64,000 nt of DNA from an uncultured Actinomycetes bacterium. Its GTDB lineage: Bacteria; Actinomycetota; Actinomycetes; Streptosporangiales; Streptosporangiaceae. The notes under the pieces are model-generated. The model was given only the letters and a program-made list of their open reading frames with translations. It ran no database searches and was not told the origin of the DNA. Positions 1-9,702 of the stretch are shown one piece after another. The DNA lies in the NCBI GenBank assembly GCA_963808295.1, contig CAWEFP010000022.1, positions 111,464-175,463 of the forward strand. Reading direction: 5' to 3'. A program made the translations under genes and the position numbers. Each line of letters begins with the position of its first letter. Position 1 is the stretch's first letter.

Positions 1-1213
1 CATGATCACCCGAACGGACACGGGTGCGAGTCCCCCCGCCGCGGACCCGCCCGGAGCGGGTGCGGGCGGCGCGGCGGCGGCCTCGGCGCAGAAGCGGGCC
101 AGGACCTCGGCCACCCGGCGGCACAACTCGGTCCCCGCGGCCGGGAGCAGTCCCGCCTCGTCCCACAGTTCGGCCGCGTGCCGCGCCGAGTTCGCCGCCT
201 CGACCTGGGCGGCGAGGTCCGGGGCGCCCCCGGCGGCGCGGGTGATCTCCGCGAGCAGATCGTGCGGCACCCGGGACCGCGTGTAGTGCGTCATCAGCAC
301 GCCGCCCGCGAGCTTGGCCAGCTTCCCGGCCATCCCGGCGAAGACGACCCGGCCGACGCCGCACGCCACCACGCGGCGCAGCGCGGCCCCGGTGAAGTCG
401 CCGACCTCGATGAAGCAGACCTCGGGCAGGCCGGGCAGCAGGGCCATGGCCGCCTTCTCGGTCCGCCCGCCGGTGCACAGCACGGCCGTCGTCTCGCCGC
501 GGGCGGCCAGCACGGACACGGCCTGCTCGACGCTCGCCCGCCAGGACGCGGTGGAGAACGGGCGGACGATGCCGGTCGTGCCGAGGATCGAGATGCCGCC
601 GATGATGCCCAGCCGCGCGTTGGTCGTCTTGCGCGCCATCCGCTCGCCCTCGGGCACCGAGATGACCACCCGGATGCCGAACGACGCCAGATCGACGGCC
701 TCCCCGACGGCCTGGGTGATCATCTCGCGGGGCACCGGGTTGATGGCCGGGGTGCCCGGCTCCAGGCCGAGGCCGGGCCTGGTGACGACCCCGACGCCGA
801 CGCCGCCGTCCAGCTCGATCCCGGGCGCCTCCCGCCAGGTCACCGTCGCGGTGAGATGGGCGCCGTGGGTGACATCCGGGTCGTCGCCGGCGTCCTTGAC
901 CACGACCGCCTCGGCCCGTTCGGCCGGCTGCGGGGCCGCGGCCCCCTCGCCCCGTCCCGGGGGCGGGAGCACGGCCGCGCGGCTCCGCCCGGCGCGGGAC
1001 CAGCTCGCAGGAGTCGACGGGGAAGCCGACGCGGCGCCCGGAGGGGAGCGCGATCTCCACGTCGCGCTGCACCTCGCCGGTGCGCAGCGCCGTCGCCGCG
1101 GCCTTGGCGGCGGCCGCGGCGCAGGTCCCGGTGGTCCAGCCGGTGCGCAGCGCGCGGCCGCGCTGCTTTGCCGTGCGGGGCAGGTCGGGCTCGCGCAGCT
1201 CGGGGCCGGTCAC
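1..1213 (-). CDS. cbiD: cobalt-precorrin-5B (C1)-methyltransferase CbiD, C-terminus runs off the left edge
   Basis: Absent from the ORF track because it has no stop in the window. My minus-strand translation from GTG at 1213 reads [39 protein letters not shown]...ARLGIIGGISILGTTGIVRPFSTASWRASVEQAV...LMTHYTRS, which is CbiD-like throughout. GTGA start/stop overlap with cobM. Confidence 0.85.
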   Translation of the reverse strand, partial: MTGPELREPDLPRTAKQRGRALRTGWTTGTCAAAAAKAAATALRTGEVQRDVEIALPSGRRVGFPVDSCELVPRRAEPRGRAPAPGTGRGGRGPAAGRTGRGGRGQGRRRRPGCHPRRPSHRDGDLAGGARDRAGRRRRRRGRHQARPRPGAGHPGHQPGAPRDDHPGRRGGRRSGVVRHPGGHLGARGRADGAQDDQRAAGHHRRHLDPRHDRHRPPVLHRVLAGERRAGRVRAGRPRRDDGRAVHRRADREGGHGPAARPARGLLHRGRRLHRGRAAPRGGVRRRPGRLRRDGREAGQARGRRADDALHAVPGAARSARGDHPRRRGRPGPRRPGRGGELGAARGRTVGRGGTAPGRGDRVVPPGGRGPGPLLRRGRRRAARTRSGRVRGGGTRTRVRSGDH

Positions 1214-2070
1214 GTTCGCTCCCCGTCCGGCGCGCGCCGGTCACCGTCCTGGGCGCGCAGGGCGCGGCGCGCGGCGGACTCGGCCCGGCGGAAGCCGTGG
1301 AAGTGACCGGGGTGGTACAGGTGCGACCGGGTGCCCTCGGCGCTCAGGCCCGGGCCGACCAGCACCAGGGTGTGCTTCCAGAGCTTGCGCGCCTTGATGG
1401 TCGAGGCCAGGTCCGCCAGCGCGCAGCGCACGATCAGCTCGTCGGGCCAGGTCACCTGGTAGGCGATCACGCACGGGGTGGCCGGCGGATAGCCGCCGGC
1501 CAGCAGTTCGTCCTGCAGCTGCCCGGACCGCGCGGCGGACAGGAACAGCGCCATCGTGGTCCCGTGCCGGGCGAATCCGGCCACCTGCTCCCCCGGCGGC
1601 ATCGGGGTCTTCCCGCCGCCGAGCCGGGTCAGGATCACCGACTGGGCCACCTCGGGGATCGTCAGCTCCCGGCCGATCCGCGCGGCGGCCGCGGTGAAGC
1701 TGGAGACACCGGGCACGATCTCGGTGCGCAGGCCCAGCTCGGCGCACCGGTCCAGCTGCTCCTGGATCGCGCCCCACAGCGCCGGGTCACCGGAATGCAC
1801 CCGCGCCACCCGCAGCCCGCCGGCGGCGGCACGCTGGTAGTACGGGAGCACCCCCTCCATCGGCAGCTCCGCCGAGTCGACGATCTCCGCGCCGGGCCGG
1901 GCATGCTCGAGGACACCGGGATGGACCAGGCTGGACGCCCAGATCACGACGTCCGCGGCGGCGATGGCGGCGGCGCCGCGCAGGGTGATCAGGTCCGGCG
2001 CCCCGGGCCCGGCCCCGACGAACGTGACCTGCCCAGCGGTCCCCCCAGCGGTCCCCCTCCTCCCCAGCAG
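1210..2070 (-). CDS. cobM: precorrin-4 C11-methyltransferase (CobM/CbiF); start codon unresolved
   Basis: ORF 1210..1947 plus an in-frame upstream extension, [41 protein letters not shown]..., a tetrapyrrole methylase fold with the GAGPG SAM motif. There is no ATG/GTG/TTG between the upstream stop (2071) and that motif. Only CTG codons at 2070/2067 follow an AGGAGG. Confidence 0.85.
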   Translation of the reverse strand: MLGRRGTAGGTAGQVTFVGAGPGAPDLITLRGAAAIAAADVVIWASSLVHPGVLEHARPGAEIVDSAELPMEGVLPYYQRAAAGGLRVARVHSGDPALWGAIQEQLDRCAELGLRTEIVPGVSSFTAAAARIGRELTIPEVAQSVILTRLGGGKTPMPPGEQVAGFARHGTTMALFLSAARSGQLQDELLAGGYPPATPCVIAYQVTWPDELIVRCALADLASTIKARKLWKHTLVLVGPGLSAEGTRSHLYHPGHFHGFRRAESAARRALRAQDGDRRAPDGERT

Positions 2071-2866
2071 TCACAGGGCACCCCGGCCGGAACGTCCCAG
2101 GCTCGCGCCCACCCCGTCGCGCCGGGCCGGGACGATCAGCGTGGACAGGTACGGCACGGCGCGCAGCGCGGCCAGCTCGGCGGCGGGCCTGATGTCCTGG
2201 CCGGGCAGCCCGAGCCGGGCCCCGGCGATCGCCCCGTCGAGCCGGCCGGCCGCGGCGAGCAGGTCGCGTACCTCCCCGGGCGACGGCCCGGCGGCCGCGC
2301 CGAGCTTGTAGCCGACGACGGTGCCGGGCCGGCCCAGCGCGTCGCGCAGCGGCCCGGCGCCGGCGGTCAGCGGCAGCAGCGTCAGCGGCTCGTCCCCCTC
2401 GGCCAGCACGGTCCCGGCCCCGGCCAGCGTGGCCGACCGCGCCGCCAGGTCCTGCATGGCCGTGATGCCGGGCACGGTCTCGATGAGCACGTCGCGGACC
2501 ATATCGCGGACCGTCTGCGCGAGATAGCTGAACGTCGAGTACAGGTTGGGGTCGCCGATCGTGCCGAACGCGACCGTGCTGGCCCCCGCCCCGAACGTGC
2601 GGGCCACCTCGCGGGCGGCCGCGTGCCAGGCGGACGCGCGGCGGGCCGTGACCCCGCCGGTGTCGTTCAGCGCGAAGGCGACCGGGCGGATGGTCTGCGG
2701 GCCGATGTGGGCGCGGATCGTCGCCTCGGCCCGGCCCGGGCCCGGGGCCGCGGCCCGCCATGACGGGGACGAAGACCGCGTCGGCCTCGCGCAGCACCCG
2801 CAGCGCCTTGACCGTGATCAGCTCCGGATCACCCGGCCCGACCCCCACCCCGACGAGCCGCTTCAT
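2071..2866 (-). CDS. cobI: precorrin-2 C20-methyltransferase (CobI/CbiL); reading frame broken by a 1-nt shift near 2735-2760
   Basis: The N-terminus [44 protein letters not shown] is in the 2866 frame. The rest ([27 protein letters not shown]...[28 protein letters not shown]...) is in the 2607 frame. The shift lies in a GGCCCCGGGCCCGGGCCGGGCC run. ATGA overlap with the cobB stop. Confidence 0.8.
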
Positions 2867-4501
2867 TCATTACCTCCCTCGCGGGCGCTTCGCGTGGTCG
2901 TGCCGGAGGCGCGCAAAACATCAAAGCGGGAGGCTGGTCCTCGGCGCCGGGACACCGCAACGGCCGCAGGCGTGCGTCGTGCCGGAGCCGCGCGGCAGGC
3001 GGCGGCGAAGCGGGCGGCGGCGCCCGGGTAACCGGCCCAGTGGGTGTGCAGGTACGACGCGTGCACGGCACCGCGGACGTGGCCTTCGCGGCGAACAGGG
3101 TGGGCGCTGAGGCTGCTGGGGCCATTGGGGCTGCGCGGGAGCTGGCGGGAGCCGCCAGGCGGCGGGGTCGCCGTGGTCCGGGGTGACGGCCGTGCGGTGG
3201 AACTCGTGCGCGCGGACCACGTCGCCGGCGGCGGCGAGCACGGAATCGGTCTCGGCGCGGGCCTGCCGGTAGCCGAGCGTCAGCCGGCCGGTCATGGCCG
3301 CGTCGGCCGGGAGGACCCCGCACATGGGCTGGCCGTCCAGGGACCGCGCCAGGTACAGCAGCCCCGCGCACTCGGCGGCGATCGGTACGCCCCGGGCGGC
3401 GGCCGCGGCCACCTCCCGGCGCAGCGGCTCGTTGGCGGACAGGTCCGCGGCGTGGACTTCCGGGAAGCCGCCGCCCAGGATGATCCCGGCCGTGCCCTCG
3501 GGCAGGCGCTCGTCGCGCACCGGGTCGAACGCCGCCACCTCCAGCCCGGCCGCGGCGAGCAGTTCGGCGTGCTCGGTGTAGCTGAAGGTGAAGGCGGCGC
3601 CGCCGGCGATCGCGACCACGGAGCCGGCGGACACCGGGAACGGCCCGGAAGCGGCGGGGACCGGGGGCGCCCCGGAACGGGAGGACACCGGGAACGGCCC
3701 GGAGCCGGCGGACACCGGGAACGGCCCGGAAGCGGCGAGGGCGCCGGCGGGGTCCCAGGGCGGGCCGGGGAGCGGGGCGGCGCCGCGGGCCAGCGCGAGC
3801 AGGCCGCGCAGGTCGCAGGACTCGCGGACCAGGGCGGCGAGCCGGTCCATGGTGTCGGCCGCGGCAGCGGAACGTTCGGCGGCGGGGACCAGGCCCAGGT
3901 GCCGGGACGGCGCGGCCACCTGGGCCGAGCGGCGGATCGCGCCGTAGACCGCGATCCCGGCCGTGGCGAGGGCGTCGCGCAGCAGCCGTTCGTGCCGGTC
4001 CGACGCGACCCGGTTGAGGATCACCCCGGCCACCGCGGTACGCGGGTCGAACCGGGCGAAGCCGGCCGCCACGGCGGCCACCGAGCGCCCCATCGCGGCG
4101 GCGTCGATGACCAGCACGACGGGCGCGCCCAGCAGCCGGGCGACGTGCGCGGTGGAGCCGAAGCCCGGATCCCCCCCTCCCCGCACCCGTCGCCCCGCAC
4201 CCGGGTCGGTGCCGTCGAACAGGCCCATCACGCCCTCCACGACGGCGACGTCCGCGTCCCGGGCGGCGTGCGTGAACAGCGGGACGATCCGGTCCTCGCC
4301 GCACAGGAACGGGTCCAGGTTCCGGGCCGGGCGCCCGGTGGCCAGCGCGTGGTAACCGGGATCGATGTAGTCCGGGCCGGTCTTGTGGCCGGACACGGTG
4401 AGCCCGGCCGCCCGCAGCGCGGCCATCAGCCCGCACGCGACCGTGGTCTTCCCGCTGCCCGAGGCCGGGGCCGCGATCACGAGCCGGGGGACGGCTACCA
4501 T
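2863..4501 (-). CDS. cobB: cobyrinate a,c-diamide synthase (CobB/CbiA); frame break near 3066-3160 and an internal tandem-repeat insertion
   Basis: ORF 2921..4501 reads [51 protein letters not shown]...GVMGLFDG. The conserved C-terminal [20 protein letters not shown] is in a different frame (ORF 2863..3066). Confidence 0.85.
3620..3740. repeat. about 27-bp tandem repeat inside cobB (GPFPVSAGS-type peptide units)
   Basis: The unit gccggcggacaccgggaacggcccgga recurs about 3 times. The protein reads [38 protein letters not shown]. Confidence 0.8.
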
Positions 4502-5091
4502 TCGATGCCCTTCTGCCCCTTCTGGCCGCGGTCCATCGGGTGCGTGATCTTCGTCATGTCCGTGACCAGGTCGGCGTGGGCGACCAGGTCCGGGTGCGCG
4601 TCGCGGCCGGTGATCACCACGTGCTGGTTACCCGGCCGGGCGTCCAGCACGGAGATCACCTCGGCCACATCGACCCAGCCCCACTTGATCGGGTAGGTGA
4701 ACTCGTCCAGGACATAGAAACGGTAGGTCTGCGCGGCGAGATCGCGGGCCACCTGCGCCCAGCCCTCGGCCGCCTGCTCGGCGTGGCCGCCCGCCTCCCG
4801 CTGAATCCACGACCAGCCCTCGCCCATCTTGTGCCAGCTGACCGTGCCGCCCTCGCCGCTGGCGCCGAGCGTCCGCAGCGCGTGCTCCTCCCCCACCCGC
4901 CACTTGGCCGACTTGACGAACTGGAAGACCCCCACCGGCCAGCCCTGGTTCCAGGCGCGCAGCGCCATGCCGAACGCGGCGGTGGACTTGCCCTTGCCGG
5001 TCCCGGTGTGCACGACGACCAGCGGCCGGGCGCGCCGCGCGCGCGTCGTGAGCCCGTCGTCCGGCACGCTGGCCGGCTGCCCCTTGGGCAT
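4495..5091 (-). CDS. cobO: cob(I)yrinic acid a,c-diamide adenosyltransferase
   Basis: 198 aa: LVVVHTGTGKGKSTAAFGMALRAWNQGWPVGVFQFVKSAKWRVGEE...YVLDEFTYPIKWGWVD...VVITGRDAHPDL, the CobO/BtuR family pattern. Confidence 0.9.
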   Translation of the reverse strand: MPKGQPASVPDDGLTTRARRARPLVVVHTGTGKGKSTAAFGMALRAWNQGWPVGVFQFVKSAKWRVGEEHALRTLGASGEGGTVSWHKMGEGWSWIQREAGGHAEQAAEGWAQVARDLAAQTYRFYVLDEFTYPIKWGWVDVAEVISVLDARPGNQHVVITGRDAHPDLVAHADLVTDMTKITHPMDRGQKGQKGIEW

Positions 5092-5870
5092 CAGGCGGCC
5101 ATTCCGCGCACGGCGCGCACGATCCCGGCGAGCGTCCCGGCCCCGGCCGCGGCCAGGTCGTCCAGGCTGACCAGGGCGGCGCCCAGCCGGCCGGCGAGCG
5201 CCCCGGCCAGACCCAGCCGGATCGGCCCGGTCTCGCAGTCCACCACCACGGCCGCCACCCCGGCCAGCAGGGCGGTAGCCCGGGCCAGGTCGGCGTCGCC
5301 GCCGTGGGTGGCGCGGCCGTCGGTGACGATCACCAGCAGCGGGCGCCGGGCGGGGTCGCGGATCTTCTCGGCGGCGAGCACCTCGGCGGACCGGGCCAGG
5401 CCCGCTGCCAGCGGGGTGCGCCCGCCGGTGGCCAGCGTGGCCAGCCGCCGGGCGCCCGCCTCCACCGACGACGTGGGCGGCAGCACCAGCTCGGCGCCGT
5501 CCCCGCGGAAGGTGACCAGCCCGACCTTGTCCCGCCGCTGGTACGCGTCGAGCAGCAGCGAGAGCACTGCGCCCTTGGCCGCGCGCATCCGCGGCCGCGC
5601 CGCCATCGAGCCGCTGGCGTCCACGGTGAACAGCACCAGGTTGCCCTCACGGCCGACATGGACGGCCTCGCGCAGGTCGTTCGGGGCCAGGAGGAAGCCG
5701 GGCTGCGTGGTGCCGGCCCGCCGCTTGCGTTCCGGCTGGGACGGGGCCGCCGCCCGGAGCGTGGCCGGAAGGTGCACCGCGGTAAGCCGGCCGGACGGCG
5801 GCCGCGCGCCGACGGTCCGGCCCTGCGGGGTGTAGGCGGGCGACCGGCGGCCCAGCGCCCCGGCGCCCAT
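5091..5870 (-). CDS. ChlD-like vWA domain of cobalt chelatase, probably the C-terminal half of a fused ChlI/ChlD protein
   Basis: NLVLFTVDASGSMAARPRMRAAKGAVLSLLLDAYQRRDKVGLVTFRG...GGRTPLAAGL...LLVIVTDGRAT carries the vWA MIDAS pattern. It lies 12 nt after the chlI-like ORF, in another frame. Confidence 0.75.
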   Translation of the reverse strand: MGAGALGRRSPAYTPQGRTVGARPPSGRLTAVHLPATLRAAAPSQPERKRRAGTTQPGFLLAPNDLREAVHVGREGNLVLFTVDASGSMAARPRMRAAKGAVLSLLLDAYQRRDKVGLVTFRGDGAELVLPPTSSVEAGARRLATLATGGRTPLAAGLARSAEVLAAEKIRDPARRPLLVIVTDGRATHGGDADLARATALLAGVAAVVVDCETGPIRLGLAGALAGRLGAALVSLDDLAAAGAGTLAGIVRAVRGMAA

Positions 5871-5881
5871 CCCGGGGACGG

Positions 5882-7246
5882 TCAGCAGCCGGGCCCGGAA
5901 CGGCGGCGGCGCCGGAACGGGGTCCGGTCCTGCGGGCGGCGGGCCCCCGGCACAGGCCCGTTCGGCATCGTGATCTGCGGCCCGCTGGGCCGCGGCGGGT
6001 TCCGGCGCGGGACCCGGGCCCGCAGGGCCCTGGCCGGCGGGGCCCTGGCCGCGGCGTGCGCGGCCGGGCCGGGCGCACGGCCGGAGGGCGGCGGCCCGCC
6101 GGGCTGCGGCGGGTCCGGCTGGTCGGGGGGCTCAGGCGAGTCCGGGCCGGACGGGTCAGGGGGGGCCGGCGGGCCCGGCGGCGGCTGGCTGAGCGCGTCC
6201 TCGAGCTCCTGCTCGTCCAGGCCCGGGGCGTCGAACGGGTCGCGGCGGCGGCGGTGCGGCAGCGCCAGCCGGGCCGCCTGGCGGATGTCGTCCACGGTCA
6301 CCTCGCCGCGGCCGTGCCAGGCCGCCAGCGCGATCGCCGCGCGCGCGGTGACCAGGTCGGCGCGCATGCCGTCGACCCCGAACCGGCCGCACACCGCGCA
6401 GATCTGCCGCAGCGCGGCGTCGGGCAGCACGACGTGCGGCAGCCGGGCGCGCGCGGCGGCCACGGCGGCGGCGATCCGGCGGGAATCGGCGGCGAAACGG
6501 GCCGCGAAACCGGCCGGGTCCGCCTCGAAGGCGAGCCGGCGGCGGACGACCTCGGCGCGCTCGTCCGGATCGCGGCTGGCCGCCACCTCCACGGTCAGAC
6601 CGAACCGGTCGAGCAGCTGCGGCCTCAGCTCGCCTTCCTCCGGGTTCATCGTGCCGACGAGCAGGAAACGCGCGGCGTGCCGGACCGAGACCCCCTCGCG
6701 CTCGACGTAGCTGACCCCGAGCGCCGCCGCGTCGAGCAGCAGGTCGACGAGATGGTCGTGCAGCAGGTTCACCTCGTCCACGTACAGCAGGCCGCGGTGC
6801 GCCGCGGCGAGCACGCCCGGCTCGTAGGCGGTGACGCCCTCGGACAGCGCGCGCTCGATGTCCAGCGAGCCGACCAGGCGGTCCTCGGTGGCGCCCACGG
6901 GCAGCTCCGCGAGCGTGGCCCGCCGGGCCTGCTCCGGCGCGCCGGGCGGGTGCGGGCCGTCCGGGCAGGCCGGGTCGGGCGCGGCCGGATCACAGGAGAA
7001 CCGGCAGCCCCGAACGACACGCACCGGGGGCAGCAGCTCGCCGAGGCCGCGGACGACGGTCGACTTCGCGGTGCCCTTCTCGCCGCGCACCAGCACCCCG
7101 CCGATCGCGGCCGAGACCGCGTTGAGCAGCAGCGCGAGCTTCAGATCCGGCATGCCGACGATCGCGGCGAAGGGATACAGCGGCGCATGGGTGCCGCCGC
7201 GCACCGCGTGCCGCTCGTCGCCGGACGTTACGCCGCTGGCTGTCAT
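5882..7246 (-). CDS. ChlI-like AAA+ ATPase of cobalt chelatase with a Pro-rich linker tail
   Basis: [40 protein letters not shown]...[26 protein letters not shown]...[24 protein letters not shown], followed by a [33 protein letters not shown] linker. Confidence 0.8.
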   Translation of the reverse strand: MTASGVTSGDERHAVRGGTHAPLYPFAAIVGMPDLKLALLLNAVSAAIGGVLVRGEKGTAKSTVVRGLGELLPPVRVVRGCRFSCDPAAPDPACPDGPHPPGAPEQARRATLAELPVGATEDRLVGSLDIERALSEGVTAYEPGVLAAAHRGLLYVDEVNLLHDHLVDLLLDAAALGVSYVEREGVSVRHAARFLLVGTMNPEEGELRPQLLDRFGLTVEVAASRDPDERAEVVRRRLAFEADPAGFAARFAADSRRIAAAVAAARARLPHVVLPDAALRQICAVCGRFGVDGMRADLVTARAAIALAAWHGRGEVTVDDIRQAARLALPHRRRRDPFDAPGLDEQELEDALSQPPPGPPAPPDPSGPDSPEPPDQPDPPQPGGPPPSGRAPGPAAHAAARAPPARALRARVPRRNPPRPSGPQITMPNGPVPGARRPQDRTPFRRRRRSGPGC

Positions 7247-7261
7247 GCGAGGGTGTCCTTC

Positions 7262-7470
7262 CCGGGTCTTCGCGCCCGTAGCCGGTCATACCGGCGGCCG
7301 GAGTCTCCTGGCTCCCGGATCGGTGCTCGCCCTCGCCTTCCCGCCGCGGTGGCGGCGGTGGCCTCGATGAGGGGTTACTCCCCGGTTACAGTTGCGCGAC
7401 AGCCCCGGATTCGCACCGGAGTTCCTCTGCATACCGCCTCGGCCCAGCATGACACATTTACCGAGGTGCC
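7262..7470 (-). promoter_or_regulatory. cobalamin (B12) riboswitch leader of the chlI-cobO-cobB-cobI-cobM-cbiD operon
   Basis: The minus-strand RNA contains AGGAACUCCGGUGCGAAUCCGGGGCUGUCGCGCAACUGUAA (the GGUG..AA..CC / CGCAACUGU core). A B12-box-like GGGAGCCAGGAGACUCCGGCC follows, just upstream of the ATG at 7246. Confidence 0.7.
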
Positions 7471-7679
7471 GGGACCCGGGCCGGCCGCGCCGGTACACTG
7501 ACCAGGCATATTGGCCCGCCAACACTGCGGTTGGCCGTAGAGTGCCGCCGTTTGACCGGCTTGCCCGGGCGCGCGCGGCCCGCAGCTTCCCCCCAGCTAA
7601 TCCTCAGTTCGGGGCGGTAACGTGCCCGCGTTACACAGTTTGCTTAATCAGGACTGACCGACATGCGAATGGAGCTTGA

Positions 7680-8756
7680 ATGGGGAACGATTTCCGCTCC
7701 CGGATACCGGCAACGGCGGGTCGTGTACTGGTGACGGGTGGCTCCGGGTTCATCGGCCGGCGGCTGGTGGCGGCGCTGGTGGGCGGCGGCGCCGAGGTGA
7801 CGGTGGCCGACCTCAAGCCCTTCCCCGGCTCGCCCGGCGGCCCGGTGCAGGCCATCGTCGGTGACCTGTACGACCCGGACGTCGCGGGCCAGGCGGTTCA
7901 GCCCGGGACGGACACGATCATCCACCTCGCGGCGCGGACCTCGGTCCTGGAGTCGGTCAAGGATCCCGAGACCACCTACCGGAACAACGTCGCGGTGACG
8001 GCCGGCCTCCTGGAGCTGGCCCGGCAGCGCGGCGTGCGGACGTTCCTGTTCGCATCCACCAACGCCGTCGTCGGCAACGTCGGCGGGGCGGTCATCACCG
8101 AGCAGGCCCCGCTGCGGCCGCTCACCCCGTACGGCGCGACCAAGGCCGCCTCCGAGATGCTGATCAACTGCTACGCGGCGTCCTACGGGGTCCGGGGTGT
8201 CTCGCTCCGGTTCTCCAACGTCTACGGGCCCGGGATGCAGCACAAGGACAGCTTCATCCCGCGGCTGATGCGCGCCGCGCGCGACGGCACCGGCGTCAAG
8301 GTCCGCGGGGACGGCACCATGATCCGCGACGTGATCCAGGTCGACGACGTCCTGGCCGGGATCTTCGCCGCGTGGCGCTCCGGCCACACCGGCCCGGTCA
8401 TCCTGGGTTCCGGGCAGTCCGTCACGGTGAACGACATGGTGGCGACCGCGCGCCGGGTCACCGGCGTGGCGATCCCGGCCGAGAACGCCCCGATCGCCCA
8501 GGGCGAGATGCCCGCGGTCAAGCTGGACATCTCCACCGCGCGCGGGCTGGGTTACGCGCCGACCTACGACCTCGAAACGGGCATGGCGACGGTGTGGCCC
8601 GATTTCGCGCCCGAGGGCGCGCTGGCCGCGGCGGGCCTGGGGCCGGCGGGGGCCCGGCGGCCCGGGACTCGGCGGCGCTGGCTGCGGAGGGCGTGCGATG
8701 AGCCCGGGCATATCGGCTGCGTACGCCGCGTCCGCTGGCGACGTGGCCGTCGATGA
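7680..8756 (+). CDS. NAD-dependent epimerase/dehydratase (extended SDR)
   Basis: VLVTGGSGFIGRRLV Rossmann motif and PYGATKAASE (YxxxK). The Arg-rich last ~45 aa look like run-on sequence. Confidence 0.8.
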   Translation: MGNDFRSRIPATAGRVLVTGGSGFIGRRLVAALVGGGAEVTVADLKPFPGSPGGPVQAIVGDLYDPDVAGQAVQPGTDTIIHLAARTSVLESVKDPETTYRNNVAVTAGLLELARQRGVRTFLFASTNAVVGNVGGAVITEQAPLRPLTPYGATKAASEMLINCYAASYGVRGVSLRFSNVYGPGMQHKDSFIPRLMRAARDGTGVKVRGDGTMIRDVIQVDDVLAGIFAAWRSGHTGPVILGSGQSVTVNDMVATARRVTGVAIPAENAPIAQGEMPAVKLDISTARGLGYAPTYDLETGMATVWPDFAPEGALAAAGLGPAGARRPGTRRRWLRRACDEPGHIGCVRRVRWRRGRR

Positions 8757-9702
8757 CGCCGCGATCCGCGTCATGGCCGGCCGGTACGGCGACCGGGTGC
8801 GGCAGCTGCCGCCGGTCGCGCTGGTGATCGCCGCCTACAACGAGGAGGGCGCGGTCGGGCCGGTCATCCGGAACCTTCCGGCGCGGGTGTGCGGGCTGGA
8901 CACCGCGACGATCGTCGTGGCCGACGGCTGCGCCGACGCCACCGCCAAGGAGGCGGAGGCGGCCGGGGCGCTGGTCGCGGACGTCCCGGTCAACCGGGGC
9001 CAGGGGGCCGCGCTGCGGCTCGGGTACCGGATCGCCCGGGACGGCGGCGCGCAGTACATCGTGACCACGGACGCGGACGGCCAGTACAACCCGGCCGAGA
9101 TCGAGGGGCTGCTCCGGCCGGTCGTGGCCGGGGAAGCCGACTTCGTGACCGGCTCGCGCCGGCTGGGCAGCGAGGAGACCAAGGACCCGATCCGCCAGGC
9201 GGGAGTCCGGTTCTTCGCCGCCACCATCAGCCTGCTGACCGGCCAGAAGGTCACCGACACCACGTTCGGGCTGCGGGCCATGCGGGCGGAGGTCACCGCG
9301 GCGGTGCAGCTGTCGCAGCCGCAGTATCAGGCCTCAGAACTGCTGATCGGCGTCATCACCCACGGCTACAAGGTGGCCGAGATCCCCGCCACCATCCACA
9401 AGCGCCGCGTCGGTGAGAGCAAGAAGGGCCAGAACCCCTTCTACCGCCTGCACATCCCCGGCGTGAACAACCTCTTCTACGGCCTGCGCTTCAGCCGGGT
9501 GGTCTTCGGGACCTGGTGGCGCGAGCGTCAGCGGAGATCGGGGCTCGCGTCGGCGTCACCCCGGTCGGCGCAGACCGGGACCGCGGAGTCGGCGGCCATG
9601 ACGAACGGCTCGTCGCCGGCCGGGCCCCCCGCCGCCGCACTGGATGAGCTGATGGGCGGGCCGGACTCGCGCGGGGACCGCCGGTCGGCGAAGAGGACGT
9701 AG
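8698..9702 (+). CDS. family 2 glycosyltransferase (polyprenyl-phosphate sugar synthase / GtrB-like)
   Basis: VALVIAAYNEEGAVGPVIRNL...IVVADGCADAT...YIVTTDADGQYNPAEI...FVTGSRRLG...TFGLRAM. An alternative ATG at about 8773 follows the epimerase stop. The 3' end overlaps the convergent gtrA-like gene. Confidence 0.8.
   Translation: MSPGISAAYAASAGDVAVDDAAIRVMAGRYGDRVRQLPPVALVIAAYNEEGAVGPVIRNLPARVCGLDTATIVVADGCADATAKEAEAAGALVADVPVNRGQGAALRLGYRIARDGGAQYIVTTDADGQYNPAEIEGLLRPVVAGEADFVTGSRRLGSEETKDPIRQAGVRFFAATISLLTGQKVTDTTFGLRAMRAEVTAAVQLSQPQYQASELLIGVITHGYKVAEIPATIHKRRVGESKKGQNPFYRLHIPGVNNLFYGLRFSRVVFGTWWRERQRRSGLASASPRSAQTGTAESAAMTNGSSPAGPPAAALDELMGGPDSRGDRRSAKRT

Noticed and set aside
178-2763. 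861-aa plus-strand ORF and similar very long ORFs: 3044..4696(+), 10177..12321(-), 14028..16169(+), 24908..26782(+), 37526..39115(+), 48296..50734(-), 51739..53874(-)
   Set aside because: These are Arg/Gly/Pro/Ala-rich translations with no family resemblance. They lie antisense to, or out of frame with, clearly conserved genes (cob genes, sqdB/TetR, glyA, cobN, carB, GH2). This is the typical stop-codon-poor shadow ORF pattern of high-GC DNA.
5900-6200. Pro-rich low-complexity stretch in the chlI-like gene as another inserted repeat
   Set aside because: Fused ChlI/ChlD-type chelatase subunits normally have a Pro/acidic-rich linker at this position. It shows no clean tandem periodicity, so it was not counted among the anomalous insertions.
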